From positions 19,902,001-19,966,000 of the forward strand of contig OZ059900.1 of the NCBI GenBank assembly GCA_964057225.1: a DNA stretch of 64,000 nucleotides. Reading direction: 5' to 3'. Numbering within the stretch: position 1 is the stretch's first letter; the number at the start of each line of letters is the position of its first letter. The DNA is from Auanema rhodensis. Lineage: Eukaryota > Animalia > Nematoda. The notes below the pieces were generated by a model. The model saw only the letters and a list, made by a program, of their open reading frames with translations, was not told where the DNA came from and ran no database searches. Below, in pieces: positions 1 through 14,500 of the stretch. A program made the position numbers and the translations under genes.

Positions 1-3000
1 TGAAATTCGTTGCATTTGACGACTCATATGAACAAAAATCGATTTAATCAATATTAGCCATAAGGGGCGTGCCCTCAGAATATTCTAATTTCCTTAATTT
101 TCTAACCCCTGTTTTTTTGTCGTGAAAGTGGAACTAGACGTTGTACGAACAATTTTGAGCTAGGTTTCATTGACATTGCATGAGTTTGAACACATGAAAT
201 CGTAAGTCAAAACCTTGTTTACAGCGAAATTTCCAAAAACTGGTTTTCCAGCATAATAAAATATTTCTCATGGGAAATACTGTGTTTTTGTATTTTTCTA
301 GTGTTCAGCATGTAAAATGCTTCATTTTAGTATGTAACACGCTGAAAGTCGTTGCATTTGACGACTCATATGAACAAAAATCGATTTAATCAATATTAGC
401 CATAAGGGGCGTGCCCTCAGAATATGCTAATTTCCTTAGTTTTCTAACCCCTGTTTTTTTGTCGTGAAAGTGGAACTAGACGTTGTACGAACAATTTTGA
501 GCTAGGTTTCATTGACATTGCATGAGTTTGAACACATGAAATCGTAAGTCAAAACCTTGTTTACAGCGAAATTTCCAAAAACTGGTTTTCCAGCATAATA
601 AAATATTTCTCATGGGAAATACTGTGTTTTTGTATTTTTCTAGTGTTCAGCATGTAAAATGCTTCATTTTAGTATGTAACACGCTGAAATTCGTTGCATT
701 TGACGAATCATATGAACAAAAATCGATTTAATCAATATTAGCCATAAGGGGCGTGCCCTCAGAATATGCTAATTTCCTTAATTTTCTAACCCCTGTTTTT
801 TTGTCGTGAAAGTGGAACTAGACGTTGTACGAACAATTTTGAGCTAGGTTTCATTGACATTGCATGAGTTTGAACACATGAAATCGTAAGTCAAAACCTT
901 GTTTACAGCGAAATTTCCAAAAACTGGTTTTCCAGCATAATAAAATATTTCTCATGGGAAATACTGTGTTTTTGTATTTTTCTAGTGTTCAGCATGTAAA
1001 ATGCTTCATTTTAGTATGTAACACGCTGAAAGTCGTTGCATTTGACGACTCATATGAACAAAAATCGATTTAATCAATATTAGCCATAAGGGGCGTGCCC
1101 TCAGAATATGCTAATTTCCTTAGTTTTCTAACCCCTGTTTTTTTGTCGTGAAAGTGGAACTAGACGTTGTACGAACAATTTTGAGCTAGGTTTCATTGAC
1201 ATTGCATGAGTTTGAACACATGAAATCGTAAGTCAAAACCTTGTTTACAGCGAAATTTCCAAAAACTGGTTTTCCAGCATAATAAAATATTTCTCATGGG
1301 AAATACTGTGTTTTTGTATTTTTCTAGTGTTCAGCATGTAAAATGCTTCATTTTAGTATGTAACACGCTGAAATTCGTTGCATTTGACGAATCATATGAA
1401 CAAAAATCGATTTAATCAATATTAGCCATAAGGGGCGTGCCCTCAGAATATGCTAATTTCCTTAATTTTCTAACCCCTGTTTTTTTGTCGTGAAAGTGGA
1501 ACTAGACGTTGTACGAACAATTTTGAGCTAGGTTTCATTGACATTGCATGAGTTTGAACACATGACATCGTAAGTCAAAACCTTGTTTACAGCGAAATTA
1601 CCAAAAACTGGTTTTCCAGCATAATAAAATATTTCTCATGGGAAATACTGTGTTTTTGTATTTTTCTAGTGTTCAGCATGTAAAATGCTTCATTTTAGTA
1701 TGTAACACGCTGAAATTCGTTGCATTTGACGACTCATATGAACAAAAATCGATTTAATCAATATTAGCCATAAGGGGCGTGCCCTCAGAATATGCTAATT
1801 TCCTTAATTTTCTAACCCCTGTTTTTTTGTCGTGAAAGTGGAACTAGACGTTGTACGAACAATTTTGAGCTAGGTTTCATTGACATTGCATGAGTTTGAA
1901 CACATGAAATCGTAGGTCAAAACCTTGTTTACAGCGAAATTTCCAAAAACTGGTTTTCCAGCATAATAAAATATTTCTCATGGGAAATACTGTGTTTTTG
2001 TATTTTTCTAGTGTTCAGCATGTAAAATGCTTCATTTTAGTATGTAACACGCTGAAATTCGTTGCATTTGACGAATCATATGAACAAAAATCGATTTAAT
2101 CAATATTAGCCATAAGGGGCGTGCCCTCAGAATATGCTAATTTCCTTAATTTTCTAACCCCTGTTTTTTTGTCGTGAAAGTGGAACTAGACGTTGTACGA
2201 ACAATTTTGAGCTAGGTTTCATTGACATTGCATGAGTTTGAACACATGAAATCGTAAGTCAAAACCTTGTTTACAGCGAAATTTCCAAAAACTGGTTTTC
2301 CAGCATAATAAAATATTTCTCATGGGAAATACTGTGTTTTTGTATTTTTCTAGTGTTCAGCATGTAAAATGCTTCATTTTAGTATGTAACACGCTGAAAT
2401 TCGTTGCATTTGACGACTCATATGAACAAAAATCGATTTAATCAATATTAGCCATAAGGGGCGTGCCCTCAGAATATGCTAATTTCCTTAGTTTTCTAAC
2501 CCCTGTTTTTTTGTCGTGAAAGTGGAACTAGACGTTGTACGAACAATTTTGAGCTAGGTTTCATTGACATTGCATGAGTTTGAACACATGAAATCGTAAG
2601 TCAAAACCTTGTTTACAGCGAAATTTCCAAAAACTGGTTTTCCAGCATAATAAAATATTTCTCATGGGAAATACTGTGTTTTTGTATTTTTCTAGTGTTC
2701 AGCATGTAAAATGCTTCATTTTAGTATGTAACACGCTGAAATTCGTTGCATTTGACGACTCATATGAACAAAAATCGATTTAATCAATATTAGCCATAAG
2801 GGGCGTGCCCTCAGAATATGCTAATTTCCTTAGTTTTCTAACCCCTGTTTTTTTGTCGTGAAAGTGGAACTAGACGTTGTACGAACAATTTTGAGCTAGG
2901 TTTCATTGACATTGCATGAGTTTGAACACATGAAATCGTAAGTCAAAACCTTGTTTACAGCGAAATTTCCAAAAACTGGTTTTCCAGCATAATAAAATAT

Positions 3001-4788
3001 TTCTCATGGGAAATACTGTGTTTTTGTATTTTTCTAGTGTTCAGCATGTAAAATGCTTCATTTTAGTATGTAACACGCTGAAATTCGTTGCATTTGACGA
3101 CTCATATGAACAAAAATCGATTTAATCAATATTAGCCATAAGGGGCGTGCCCTCAGAATATGCTAATTTCCTTAGTTTTCTAACCCCTGTTTTTTTGTCG
3201 TGAAAGTGGAACTAGACGTTGTACGAACAATTTTGAGCTAGGTTTCATTGACATTGCATGAGTTTGAACACATGAAATCGTAAGTCAAAACCTTGTTTAC
3301 AGCGAAATTTCCAAAAACTGGTTTTCCAGCATAATAAAATATTTCTCATGGGAAATACTGTGTTTTTGTATTTTTCTAGTGTTCAGCATGTAAAATGCTT
3401 CCTTTTAGTATGTAACACGCTGAAATTCGTTGCATTTGACGACTCATATGAACAAAAATCGATTTAATCAATATTAGCCATAAGGGGCGTGCCCTCAGAA
3501 TATGCTAATTTCCTTAGTTTTCTAACCCCTGTTTTTTTGTCGTGAAAGTGGAACTAGACGTTGTACGAACAATTTTGAGCTAGGTTTCATTGACATTGCA
3601 TGAGTTTGAACACATGAAATCGTAAGTCAAAACCTTGTTTACAGCGAAATTTCCAAAAACTGGTTTTCCAGCATAATAAAATATTTCTCATGGGAAATAC
3701 TGTGTTTTTGTATTTTTCTAGTGTTCAGCATGTAAAATGCTTCATTTTAGTATGTAACACGCTGAAATTCGTTGCATTTGACGACTCATATGAACAAAAA
3801 TCTATTTAATCAATATTAGCCATAACGGGCGTGCCCTCAGAATATGCTAATTTCCTTAATTTTCTAACCCCTGTTTTTTTGTCGTGAAAGTGGAACTAGA
3901 CGTTGTACGAACAATTTTGAGCTATGTTTCATTGACATTGCATGAGTTTGAACACATGAAATCGTAAGTCAAAACCTTGTTTACAGCGAAATTTCCAAAA
4001 ACTGGTTTTCCAGCATAATAAAATATTTCTCATGGGAAATACTGTGTTTTTGTATTTTTCTAGTGTTCAGCATGTAAAATGCTTCATTTTAGTATGTAAC
4101 ACGCTGAAATTCGTTGCATTTGACGACTCATATGAACAAAAATCGATTTAATCAATATTAGCCATAAGGGGCGTGCCCTCAGAATATGCTAATTTCCTTA
4201 ATTTTCTAACCCCTGTTTTTTTGTCGTGAAAGTGGAACTAGACGTTGTACGAACAATTTTGAGCTAGGTTTCATTGACATTGCATGAGTTTGAACACATG
4301 AAATCGTAAGTCAAAACCTTGTTTACAGCGAAATTTCCAAAAACTGGTTTTCCAGCATAATAAAATATTTCTCATGGGAAATACTGTGTTTTTGTATTTT
4401 TATAGTGTTCAGCATGTAAAATGCTTCATTTTAGTATGTAACACGCTGAAATTCGTTGCATTTGACGACTCATATGAACAAAAATCGATTTAATCAATAT
4501 TAGCCATAAGGGGCGTGCCCTCAGAATATGCTAATTTCCTTAATTTTCTAACCCTTGTTTTTTTGTCGTGAAAGTGGAACTAGACGTTGTACGAACAATT
4601 TTGAGCTAGGTTTCATTGACATTGCATGAGTTTGAACACATGAAATCGTAAGTCAAAACCTTGTTTACAGCGAAATTTCCAAAAACTGGTTTTCCAGCAT
4701 AATAAAATATTTCTCATGGGAAATACTGTGTTTTTGTATTTTTCTAGTGTTCAGCATGTAAAATGCTTCATTTTAGTATGTAACACGC

Positions 4789-5130
4789 TGAAATTCGTTG
4801 CATTTGACGACTCATATGAACAAAAATCGATTTAATCAATATTAGCCATAAGGGGCGTGCCCTCAGAATATGCTAATTTCCTTAATTTTCTAACCCCTGT
4901 TTTTTTGTCGTGAAAGTGGAACTAGACGTTGTACGAACAATTTTGAGCTAGGTTTCATTGACATTGCATGAGTTTGAACACATGAAATCGTAAGTCAAAA
5001 CCTTGTTTACAGCGAAATTTCCAAAAACTGGTTTTCCAGCATAATAAAATATTTCTCATGGGAAATACTGTGTTTTTGTATTTTTCTAGTGTTCAGCATG
5101 TAAAATGCTTCATTTTAGTATGTAACACGC
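4789..5130. repeat. Representative consensus monomer (342 bp, ~34% G+C, 10 CpG, many A/T tracts and short dyads)
   Basis: This unit carries none of the diagnostic variants I noticed elsewhere. It runs tgaaattcgttgcatttgacgactc...ttagtatgtaacacgc. Monomer positions quoted below use this phase. Confidence 0.9.
4841..4877. other. Imperfect inverted repeat present in each monomer (pos 53-89; one example given)
   Basis: ATTAGC(C)ATA-AG-GGGC-GT-GCCC-TCAGAA-TATGCTAAT. The outer arms are complementary with a 1-nt bulge, and the inner GGGC/GCCC dyad is centred on pos 69/70. Confidence 0.7.
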
Positions 5131-8100
5131 TGAAATTCGTTGCATTTGACGACTCATATGAACAAAAATCGATTTAATCAATATTAGCCATAAGGGGCGT
5201 GCCCTCAGAATATGCTAATTTCCTTAATTTTCTAACCCCTGTTTTTTTGTCGTGAAAGTGGAACTAGACGTTGTACGAACAATTTTGAGCTAGGTTTCAT
5301 TGACATTGCATGAGTTTGAACACATGGAATCGTAAGTCAAAACCTTGTTTACAGCGAAATTTCCAAAAACTGGTTTTCCAGCATAATAAAATATTTCTCA
5401 TGGGAAATACTGTGTTTTTGTATTTTTCTAGTGTTCAGCATGTAAAATGCTTCATTTTAGTATGTAACACGCTGAAAGTCGTTGCATTTGACGACTCATA
5501 TGAACAAAAATCGATTTAATCAATATTAGCCATAAGGGGCGTGCCCTCAGAATATGCTAATTTCCTTAGTTTTCTAACCCCTGTTTTTTTGTCGTGAAAG
5601 TGGAACTAGACGTTGTACGAACAATTTTGAGCTAGGTTTCATTGACATTGCATGAGTTTGAACACATGAAATCGTAAGTCAAAACCTTGTTTACAGCGAA
5701 ATTTCCAAAAACTGGTTTTCCAGCATAATAAAATATTTCTCATGGGAAATACTGTGTTTTTGTATTTTTCTAGTGTTCAGCATGTAAAATGCTTCATTTT
5801 AGTATGTAACACGCTGAAATTCGTTGCATTTGACGAATCATATGAACAAAAATCGATTTAATCAATATTAGCCATAAGGGGCGTGCCCTCAGAATATGCT
5901 AATTTCCTTAATTTTCTAACCCCTGTTTTTTTGTCGTGAAAGTGGAACTAAACGTTGTACGAACAATTTTGAGCTATGTTTCATTGACATTGCATGAGTT
6001 TGAACACATGAAATCGTAAGTCAAAACCTTGTTTACAGCGAAATTTCCAAAAACTGGTTTTCCAGCATAATAAAATATTTCTCATGGGAAATACTGTGTT
6101 TTTGTATTTTTCTAGTGTTCAGCATGTAAAATGCTTCATTTTAGTATGTAACACGCTGAAAGTCGTTGCATTTGACGACTCATATGAACAAAAATCGATT
6201 TAATCAATATTAGCCATAAGGGGCGTGCCCTCAGAATATGCTAATTTCCTTAATTTTCTAACCCCTGTTTTTTTGTCGTGAAAGTGGAACTAGACGTTGT
6301 ACGAACAATTTTGAGCTATGTTTCATTGACATTGCATGAGTTTGAACACATGAAATCGTAAGTCAAAACCTTGTTTACAGCGAAATTTCCAAAAACTGGT
6401 TTTCCAGCATAATAAAATATTTCTCATGGGAAATACTGTGTTTTTGTATTTTTCTAGTGTTCAGCATGTAAAATGCTTCATTTTAGTATGTAACACGCTG
6501 AAATTCGTTGCATTTGACGACTCATATGAACAAAAATCGATTTAATCAATATTAGCCATAAGGGGCGTGCCCTCAGAATATGCTAATTTCCTTAATTTTC
6601 TAACCCCTGTTTTTTTGTCGTGAAAGTGGAACTAGACGTTGTACGAACAATTTTGAGCTAGGTTTCATTGACATTGCATGAGTTTGAACACATGAAATCG
6701 TAAGTCAAAACCTTGTTTACAGCGAAATTTCCAAAAACTGGTTTTCCAGCATAATAAAATATTTCTCATGGGAAATACTGTGTTTTTGTATTTTTCTAGT
6801 GTTCAGCATGTAAAATGCTTCATTTTAGTATGTAACACGCTGAAATTCGTTGCATTTGACGACTCTGATGAACAAAAATCGATTTAATCAATATTAGCCA
6901 TAAGGGGCGTGCCCTCAGAATATGCTAATTTCCTTAATTTTCTAACCCCTGTTTTTTTGTCGTGAAAGTGGAACTAGACGTTGTACGAACAATTTTGAGC
7001 TAGGTTTCATTGACATTGCATGAGTTTGAACACATGAAATCGTAAGTCAAAACCTTGTTTACAGCGAAATTTCCAAAAACTGGTTTTCCAGCATAATAAA
7101 ATATTTCTCATGGGAAATACTGTGTTTTTGTATTTTTCTAGTGTTCAGCATGTAAAATGCTTCATTTTAGTATGTAACACGCTGAAATTCGTTGCATTTG
7201 ACGACTCATATGAACAAAAATCGATTTAATCAATATTAGCCATAAGGGGCGTGCCCTCAGAATATGCTAATTTCCTTAATTTTCTAACCCCTGTTTTTTT
7301 GTCGTGAAAGTGGAACTAGACGTTGTACGAACAATTTTGAGCTAGGTTTCATTGACATTGCATGAGTTTGAACACATGAAATCGTAAGTCAAAACCTTGT
7401 TTACAGCGAAATTTCCAAAAACTGGTTTTCCAGCATAATAAAATATTTCTCATGGGAAATACTGTGTTTTTGTATTTTTCTAGTGTTCAGCATGTAAAAT
7501 GCTTCATTTTAGTATGTAACACGCTGAAATTCGTTGCATTTGACGACTCATATGAACAAAAATCGATTTAATCAATATTAGCCATAAGGGGCGTGCCCTC
7601 AGAATATGCTAATTTCCTTAATTTTCTAACCCCTGTTTTTTTGTCGTGAAAGTGGAACTAGACGTTGTACGAACAATTTTGAGCTAGGTTTCATTGACAT
7701 TGCATGAGTTTGAACACATGGAATCGTAAGTCAAAACCTTGTTTACAGCGAAATTTCCAAAAACTGGTTTTCCAGCATAATAAAATATTTCTCATGGGAA
7801 ATACTGTGTTTTTGTATTTTTCTAGTGTTCAGCATGTAAAATGCTTCATTTTAGTATGTAACACGCTGAAAGTCGTTGCATTTGACGACTCATATGAACA
7901 AAAATCGATTTAATCAATATTAGCCATAAGGGGCGTGCCCTCAGAATATGCTAATTTCCTTAGTTTTCTATCCCCTGTTTTTTTGTCGTGAAAGTGGAAC
8001 TAGACGTTGTACGAACAATTTTGAGCTAGGTTTCATTGACATTGCATGAGTTTGAACACATGAAATCGTAAGTCAAAACCTTGTTTACAGCGAAATTTCC

Positions 8101-8549
8101 AAAAACTGGTTTTCCAGCATAATAAAATATTTCTCATGGGAAATACTATGTTTTTGTATTTTTCTAGTGTTCAGCATGTAAAATGCTTCATTTTAGTATG
8201 TAACACGCTGAAAGTCGTTGCATTTGACGACTCATATGAACAAAAATCGATTTAATCAATATTAGCCATAAGGGGCGTGCCCTCAGAATATGCTAATTTC
8301 CTTAATTTTCTAACCCCTGTTTTTTTGTCGTGAAAGTGGAACTAGACGTTGTACGAACAATTTTGAGCTAGGTTTCATTGACATTGCATGAGTTTGAACA
8401 CATGAAATCGTAAGTCAAAACCTTGTTTACAGCGAAATTTCCAAAAACTGGTTTTCCAGCATAATAAAATATTTCTCATGGGAAATACTGTGTTTTTGTA
8501 TTTTTCTAGTGTTCAGCATGTAAAATGCTTCATTTTAGTATGTAACACG

Positions 8550-11500
8550 CTGAAATTCGTTGCATTTGACGACTCATATGAACAAAAATCGATTTAATCA
8601 ATATTAGCCATAAAGGGCGTGCCCTCAGAATATGCTAATTTCCTTAATTTTCTAACCCTTGTTTTTTTGTCGTGAAAGTGGAACTAGACGTTGTACGAAC
8701 AATTTTGAGCTAGGTTTCATTGACATTGCATGAGTTTGAACACATGAAATCGTAAGTCAAAACCTTGTTTACAGCGAAATTTCCAAAAACTGGTTTTCCA
8801 GCATAATAAAATATTTCTCATGGGAAATACTGTGTTTTTGTATTTTTCTAGTGTTCAGCATGTAAAATGCTTCATTTTAGTATGTAACATGCTGAAATTC
8901 GTTGCATTTGACGACTCATATGAACAAAAATCGATTTAATCAATATTAGCCATAAGGGGCGTGCCCTCAGAATATGCTAATTTCCTTAATTTTCTAACCC
9001 CTGTTTTTTTGTCGTGAAAGTGGAACTAGACGTTGTACGAACAATTTTGAGCTAGGTTTCATTGACATTGCATGAGTTTGAACACATGAAATCGTAAGTC
9101 AAAACCTTGTTTACAGCGAAATTTCCAAAAACTGGTTTTCCAGCATAATAAAATATTTCTCATGGGAAATACTGTGTTTTTGTATTTTTCTAGTGTTCAG
9201 CATGTAAAATGCTTCATTTTAGTATGTAACACGCTGAAATTCGTTGCATTTGACGACTCATATGAACAAAAATCGATTTAATCAATATTAGCCATAAGGG
9301 GCGTGCCCTCAGAATATGCTAATTTCCTTAATTTTCTAACCCCTGTTTTTTTGTCGTGAAAGTGGAACTAGACGTTGTACGAACAATTTTGAGCTAGGTT
9401 TCATTGACATTGCATGAGTTTGAACACATGAAATCGTAAGTCAAAACCTTGTTTACAGCGAAATTTCCAAAAACTGGTTTTCCAGCATAATAAAATATTT
9501 CTCATGGGAAATACTGTGTTTTTGTATTTTTCTAGTGTTCAGCATGTAAAATGCTTCATTTTAGTATGTAACACGCTGAAATTCGTTGCATTTGACGACT
9601 CATATGAACAAAACTCGATTTAATCAATATTAGCCATAAGGGGCGTGCCCTCAGAATATGCTAATTTCCTTAATTTTCTAACCCCTGTTTTTTTGTCGTG
9701 AAAGTGGAACTAGACGTTGTACGAACAATTTTGAGCTAGGTTTCATTGACATTGCATGAGTTTGAACACATGAAATCGTAAGTCAAAACCTTGTTTACAG
9801 CGAAATTTCCAAAAACTGGTTTTCCAGCATAATAAAATATTTCTCATGGGAAATACTGTGTTTTTGTATTTTTCTAGTGTTCAGCATGTAAAATGCTTCA
9901 TTTTAGTATGTAACTCGCTGAAATTCGTTGCATTTGACGACTCATATGAACAAAAATCGATTTAATCAATATTAGCCATAAGGGGCGTGCCCTCAGAATA
10001 TGCTAATTTCCTTAATTTTCTAACCCCTGTTTTTTTGTCGTGAAAGTGGAACTAGACGTTGTACGAACAATTTTGAGCTAGGTTTCATTGACATTGCATG
10101 AGTTTGAACACATGAAATCGTAAGTCAAAACCTTGTTTACAGCGAAATTTCCAAAAACTGGTTTTCCAGCATAATAAAATATTTCTCATGGGAAATACTG
10201 TGTTTTTGTATTTTTCTAGTGTTCAGCATGTAAAATGCTTCATTTTAGTATGTAACACGCTGAAATTCGTTGCATTTGACGACTCATATGAACAAAAATC
10301 GATTTAATCAATATTAGCCATAAGGGGCGTGCCCTCAGAATATGCTAATTTCCTTAATTTTCTAACCCCTGTTTTTTTGTCGTGAAAGTGGAACTAGACG
10401 TTGTACGAACAATTTTGAGCTAGGTTTCATTGACATTGCATGAGTTTGAACACATGAAATCGTAAGTCAAAACCTTGTTTACAGCGAAATTTCCAAAAAC
10501 TGGTTTTCCAGCATAATAAAATATTTCTCATGGGAAATACTGTGTTTTTGTATTTTTCTAGTGTTCAGCATGTAAAATGCTTCATTTTAGTATGTAACTC
10601 GCTGAAATTCGTTGCATTTGACGACTCATATGAACAAAAATCGATTTAATCAATATTAGCCATAAGGGGCGTGCCCTCAGAATATGCTAATTTCCTTAAT
10701 TTTCTAACCCCTGTTTTTTTGTCGTGAAAGTGGAACTAGACGTTGTACGAACAATTTTGAGCTAGGTTTCATTGACATTGCATGAGTTTGAACACATGAA
10801 ATCGTAAGTCAAAACCTTGTTTACAGCGAAATTTCCAAAAACTGGTTTTCCAGCATAATAAAATATTTCTCATGGGAAATACTGTGTTTTTGTATTTTTC
10901 TAGTGTTCAGCATGTAAAATGCTTCATTTTAGTATGTAACACGCTGAAATTCGTTGCATTTGACGACTCATATGAACAAAAATCGATTTAATCAATATTA
11001 GCCATAAGGGGCGTGCCCTCAGAATATGCTAATTTCCTTAATTTTCTAACCCCTGTTTTTTTGTCGTGAAAGTGGAACTAGACGTTGTACGAACAATTTT
11101 GAGCTAGGTTTCATTGACATTGCATGAGTTTGAACACATGAAATCGTAAGTCAAAACCTTGTTTACAGCGAAATTTCCAAAAACTGGTTTTCCAGCATAA
11201 TAAAATATTTCTCATGGGAAATACTGTGTTTTTGTATTTTTCTAGTGTTCAGCATGTAAAATGCTTCATTTTAGTATGTAACACGCTGAAATTCGTTGCA
11301 TTTGACGACTCATATGAACAAAAATCGATTTAATCAATATTAGCCATAAGGGGCGTGCCCTCAGAATATGCTAATTTCCTTAATTTTCTAACCCTTGTTT
11401 TTTTGTCGTGAAAGTGGAACTAGACGTTGTACGAACAATTTTGAGCTAGGTTTCATTGACATTGCATGAGTTTGAACACATGAAATCGTAAGTCAAAACC

Positions 11501-14500
11501 TTGTTTACAGCGAAATTTCCAAAAACTGGTTTTCCAGCATAATAAAATATTTCTCATGGGAAATACTGTGTTTTTGTATTTTTCTAGTGTTCAGCATGTA
11601 AAATGCTTCATTTTAGTATGTAACATGCTGAAATTCGTTGCATTTGACGACTCATATGAACAAAAATCGATTTAATCAATATTAGCCATAAGGGGCGTGC
11701 CCTCAGAATATGCTAATTTCCTTAATTTTCTAACCCCTGTTTTTTTGTCGTGAAAGTGGAACTAGACGTTGTACGAACAATTTTGAGCTAGGTTTCATTG
11801 ACATTGCATGAGTTTGAACACATGAAATCGTAAGTCAAAACCTTGTTTACAGCGAAATTTCCAAAAACTGGTTTTCCAGCATAATAAAATATTTCTCATG
11901 GGAAATACTGTGTTTTTGTATTTTTTTAGTGTTCAGCATGTAAAATGCTTCATTTTAGTATGTAACACGCTGAAATTCGTTGCATTTGACGACTCATATG
12001 AACAAAAATCGATTTAATCAATATTAGCCATAAGGGGCGTGCCCTCAGAATATGCTAATTTCCTTAATTTTCTAACCCCTGTTTTTTTGTCGTGAAAGTG
12101 GAACTAGACGTTGTACGAACAATTTTGAGCTAGGTTTCATTGACATTGCATGAGTTTGAACACATGAAATCGTAAGTCAAAACCTTGTTTACAGCGAAAT
12201 TTCCAAAAACTGGTTTTCCAGCATAATAAAATATTTCTCATGGGAAATACTGTGTTTTTGTATTTTTCTAGTGTTCAGCATGTAAAATGCTTCATTTTAG
12301 TAAGTAACATGCTGAAATTCGTTGCATTTGACGACTCATATGAACAAAAATCGATTTAATCAATATTAGCCATAAGGGGCGTGCCCTCAGAATATGCTAA
12401 TTTCCTTAATTTTCTAACCCCTGTTTTTTTGTCGTGAAAGTGGAACTAGACGTTGTACGAACAATTTTGAGCTAGGTTTCATTGACATTGCATGAGTTTG
12501 AACACATGAAATCGTAAGTCAAAACCTTGTTTACAGCGAAATTTCCAAAAACTGGTTTTCCAGCATAATAAAATATTTCTCATGGGAAATACTGTGTTTT
12601 TGTATTTTTCTAGTGTTCAGCATGTAAAATGCTTCATTTTAGTATGTAACACGCTGAAATTCGTTGCATTTGACGACTCATATGAACAAAAATCGATTTA
12701 ATCAATATTAGCCATAAGGGGCGTGCCCTCAGAATATGCTAATTTCCTTAATTTTCTAACCCCTGTTTTTTTGTCGTGAAAGTGGAACTAGACGTTGTAC
12801 GAACAATTTTGAGCTAGGTTTCATTGACATTGCATGAGTTTGAACACATGAAATCGTAAGTCAAAACCTTGTTTACAGCGAAATTTCCAAAAACTGGTTT
12901 TCCAGCATAATAAAATATTTCTCATGGGAAATACTGTGTTTTTGTATTTTTCTAGTGTTCAGCATGTAAAATGCTTCATTTTAGTATGTAACACGCTGAA
13001 ATTCGTTGCATTTGACGACTCATATGAACAAAAATCGATTTAATCAATATTAGCCATAAGGGGCGTGCCCTCAGAATATGCTAATTTCCTTAATTTTCTA
13101 ACCCTTGTTTTTTTGTCGTGAAAGTGGAACTAGACGTTGTACGAACAATTTTGAGCTAGGTTTCATTGACATTGCATGAGTTTGAACACATGAAATCGTA
13201 AGTCAAAACCTTGTTTACAGCGAAATTTCCAAAAACTGGTTTTCCAGCATAATAAAATATTTCTCATGGGAAATACTGTGTTTTTGTATTTTTCTAGTGT
13301 TCAGCATGTAAAATGCTTCATTTTAGTATGTAACATGCTGAAATTCGTTGCATTTGACGACTCATATGAACAAAAATCGATTTAATCAATATTAGCCATA
13401 AGGGGCGTGCCCTCAGAATATGCTAATTTCCTTAATTTTCTAACCCCTGTTTTTTTGTCGTGAAAGTGGAACTAGACGTTGTACGAACAATTTTGAGCTA
13501 GGTTTCATTGACATTGCATGAGTTTGAACACATGAAATCGTAAGTCAAAACCTTGTTTACAGCGAAATTTCCAAAAACTGGTTTTCCAGCATAATAAAAT
13601 ATTTCTCATGGGAAATACTGTGTTTTTGTATTTTTCTAGTGTTCAGCATGTAAAATGCTTCATTTTAGTATGTAACACGCTGAAATTCGTTGCATTTGAC
13701 GACTCATATGAACAAAAATCGATTTAATCAATATTAGCCATAAGGGGCGTGCCCTCAGAATATGCTAATTTCCTTAATTTTCTAACCCCTGTTTTTTTGT
13801 CGTGAAAGTGGAACTAGACGTTGTACGAACAATTTTGAGCTAGGTTTCATTGACATTGCATGAGTTTGAACACATGAAATCGTAAGTCAAAACCTTGTTT
13901 ACAGCGAAATTTCCAAAAACTGGTTTTCCAGCATAATAAAATATTTCTCATGGGAAATACTGTGTTTTTGTATTTTTCTAGTGTTCAGCATGTAAAATGC
14001 TTCATTTTAGTATGTAACTCGCTGAAATTCGTTGCATTTGACGACTCATATGAACAAAAATCGATTTAATCAATATTAGCCATAAGGGGCGTGCCCTCAG
14101 AATATGCTAATTTCCTTAATTTTCTAACCCTTGTTTTTTTGTCGTGAAAGTGGAACTAGACGTTGTACGAACAATTTTGAGCTAGGTTTCATTGACATTG
14201 CATGAGTTTGAACACATGAAATCGTAAGTCAAAACCTTGTTTACAGCGAAATTTCCAAAAACTGGTTTTCCAGCATAATAAAATATTTCTCATGGGAAAT
14301 ACTGTGTTTTTGTATTTTTCTAGTGTTCAGCATGTAAAATGCTTCATTTTAGTATGTAACACGCTGAAATTCGTTGCATTTGACGACTCATATGAACAAA
14401 AATCGATTTAATCAATATTAGCCATAAGGGGCGTGCCCTCAGAATATGCTAATTTCCTTAATTTTCTAACCCTTGTTTTTTTGTCGTGAAAGTGGAACTA

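Larger units (their letters stand above)
1..8300. repeat. Variant layer A
   Basis: Recurrent variants: gaaaGtc (pos 6), cttaGtt (pos 97), gacgaAtc (pos 23) and gctaTg. The two-monomer pattern at 343-1026 is repeated at 1027-1710. cacatgGaat at ~5327 and ~7721 are 7 monomers apart. The boundary is approximate. Confidence 0.8.

Noticed and set aside
5-21. CENP-B-box-like motif ATTCGTTGCATTTGACG
   Set aside because: It shares TTCGTTG and the central A with CTTCGTTGGAAACGGGA but has only 6 of the 9 essential bases and lacks CGGG, so it is not supportable as a functional box.
101-110. Telomere-like CTAACCC motif
   Set aside because: A single short copy per monomer is expected by chance, and there are no tandem telomeric repeats.
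1-342. Primate alpha-satellite dimer (342 = 2 x 171)
   Set aside because: The length matches, but I see no alpha-satellite sequence motifs. I could not recognise the family or the taxon, so a BLAST or Dfam/Repbase search is required.
5310-7913. Two 69-aa ORFs (MSLNTWNRK...)
   Set aside because: Created by one TGA>TGG change in the satellite. The same frame has six stop codons per consensus monomer, and the peptide has no recognisable domain.
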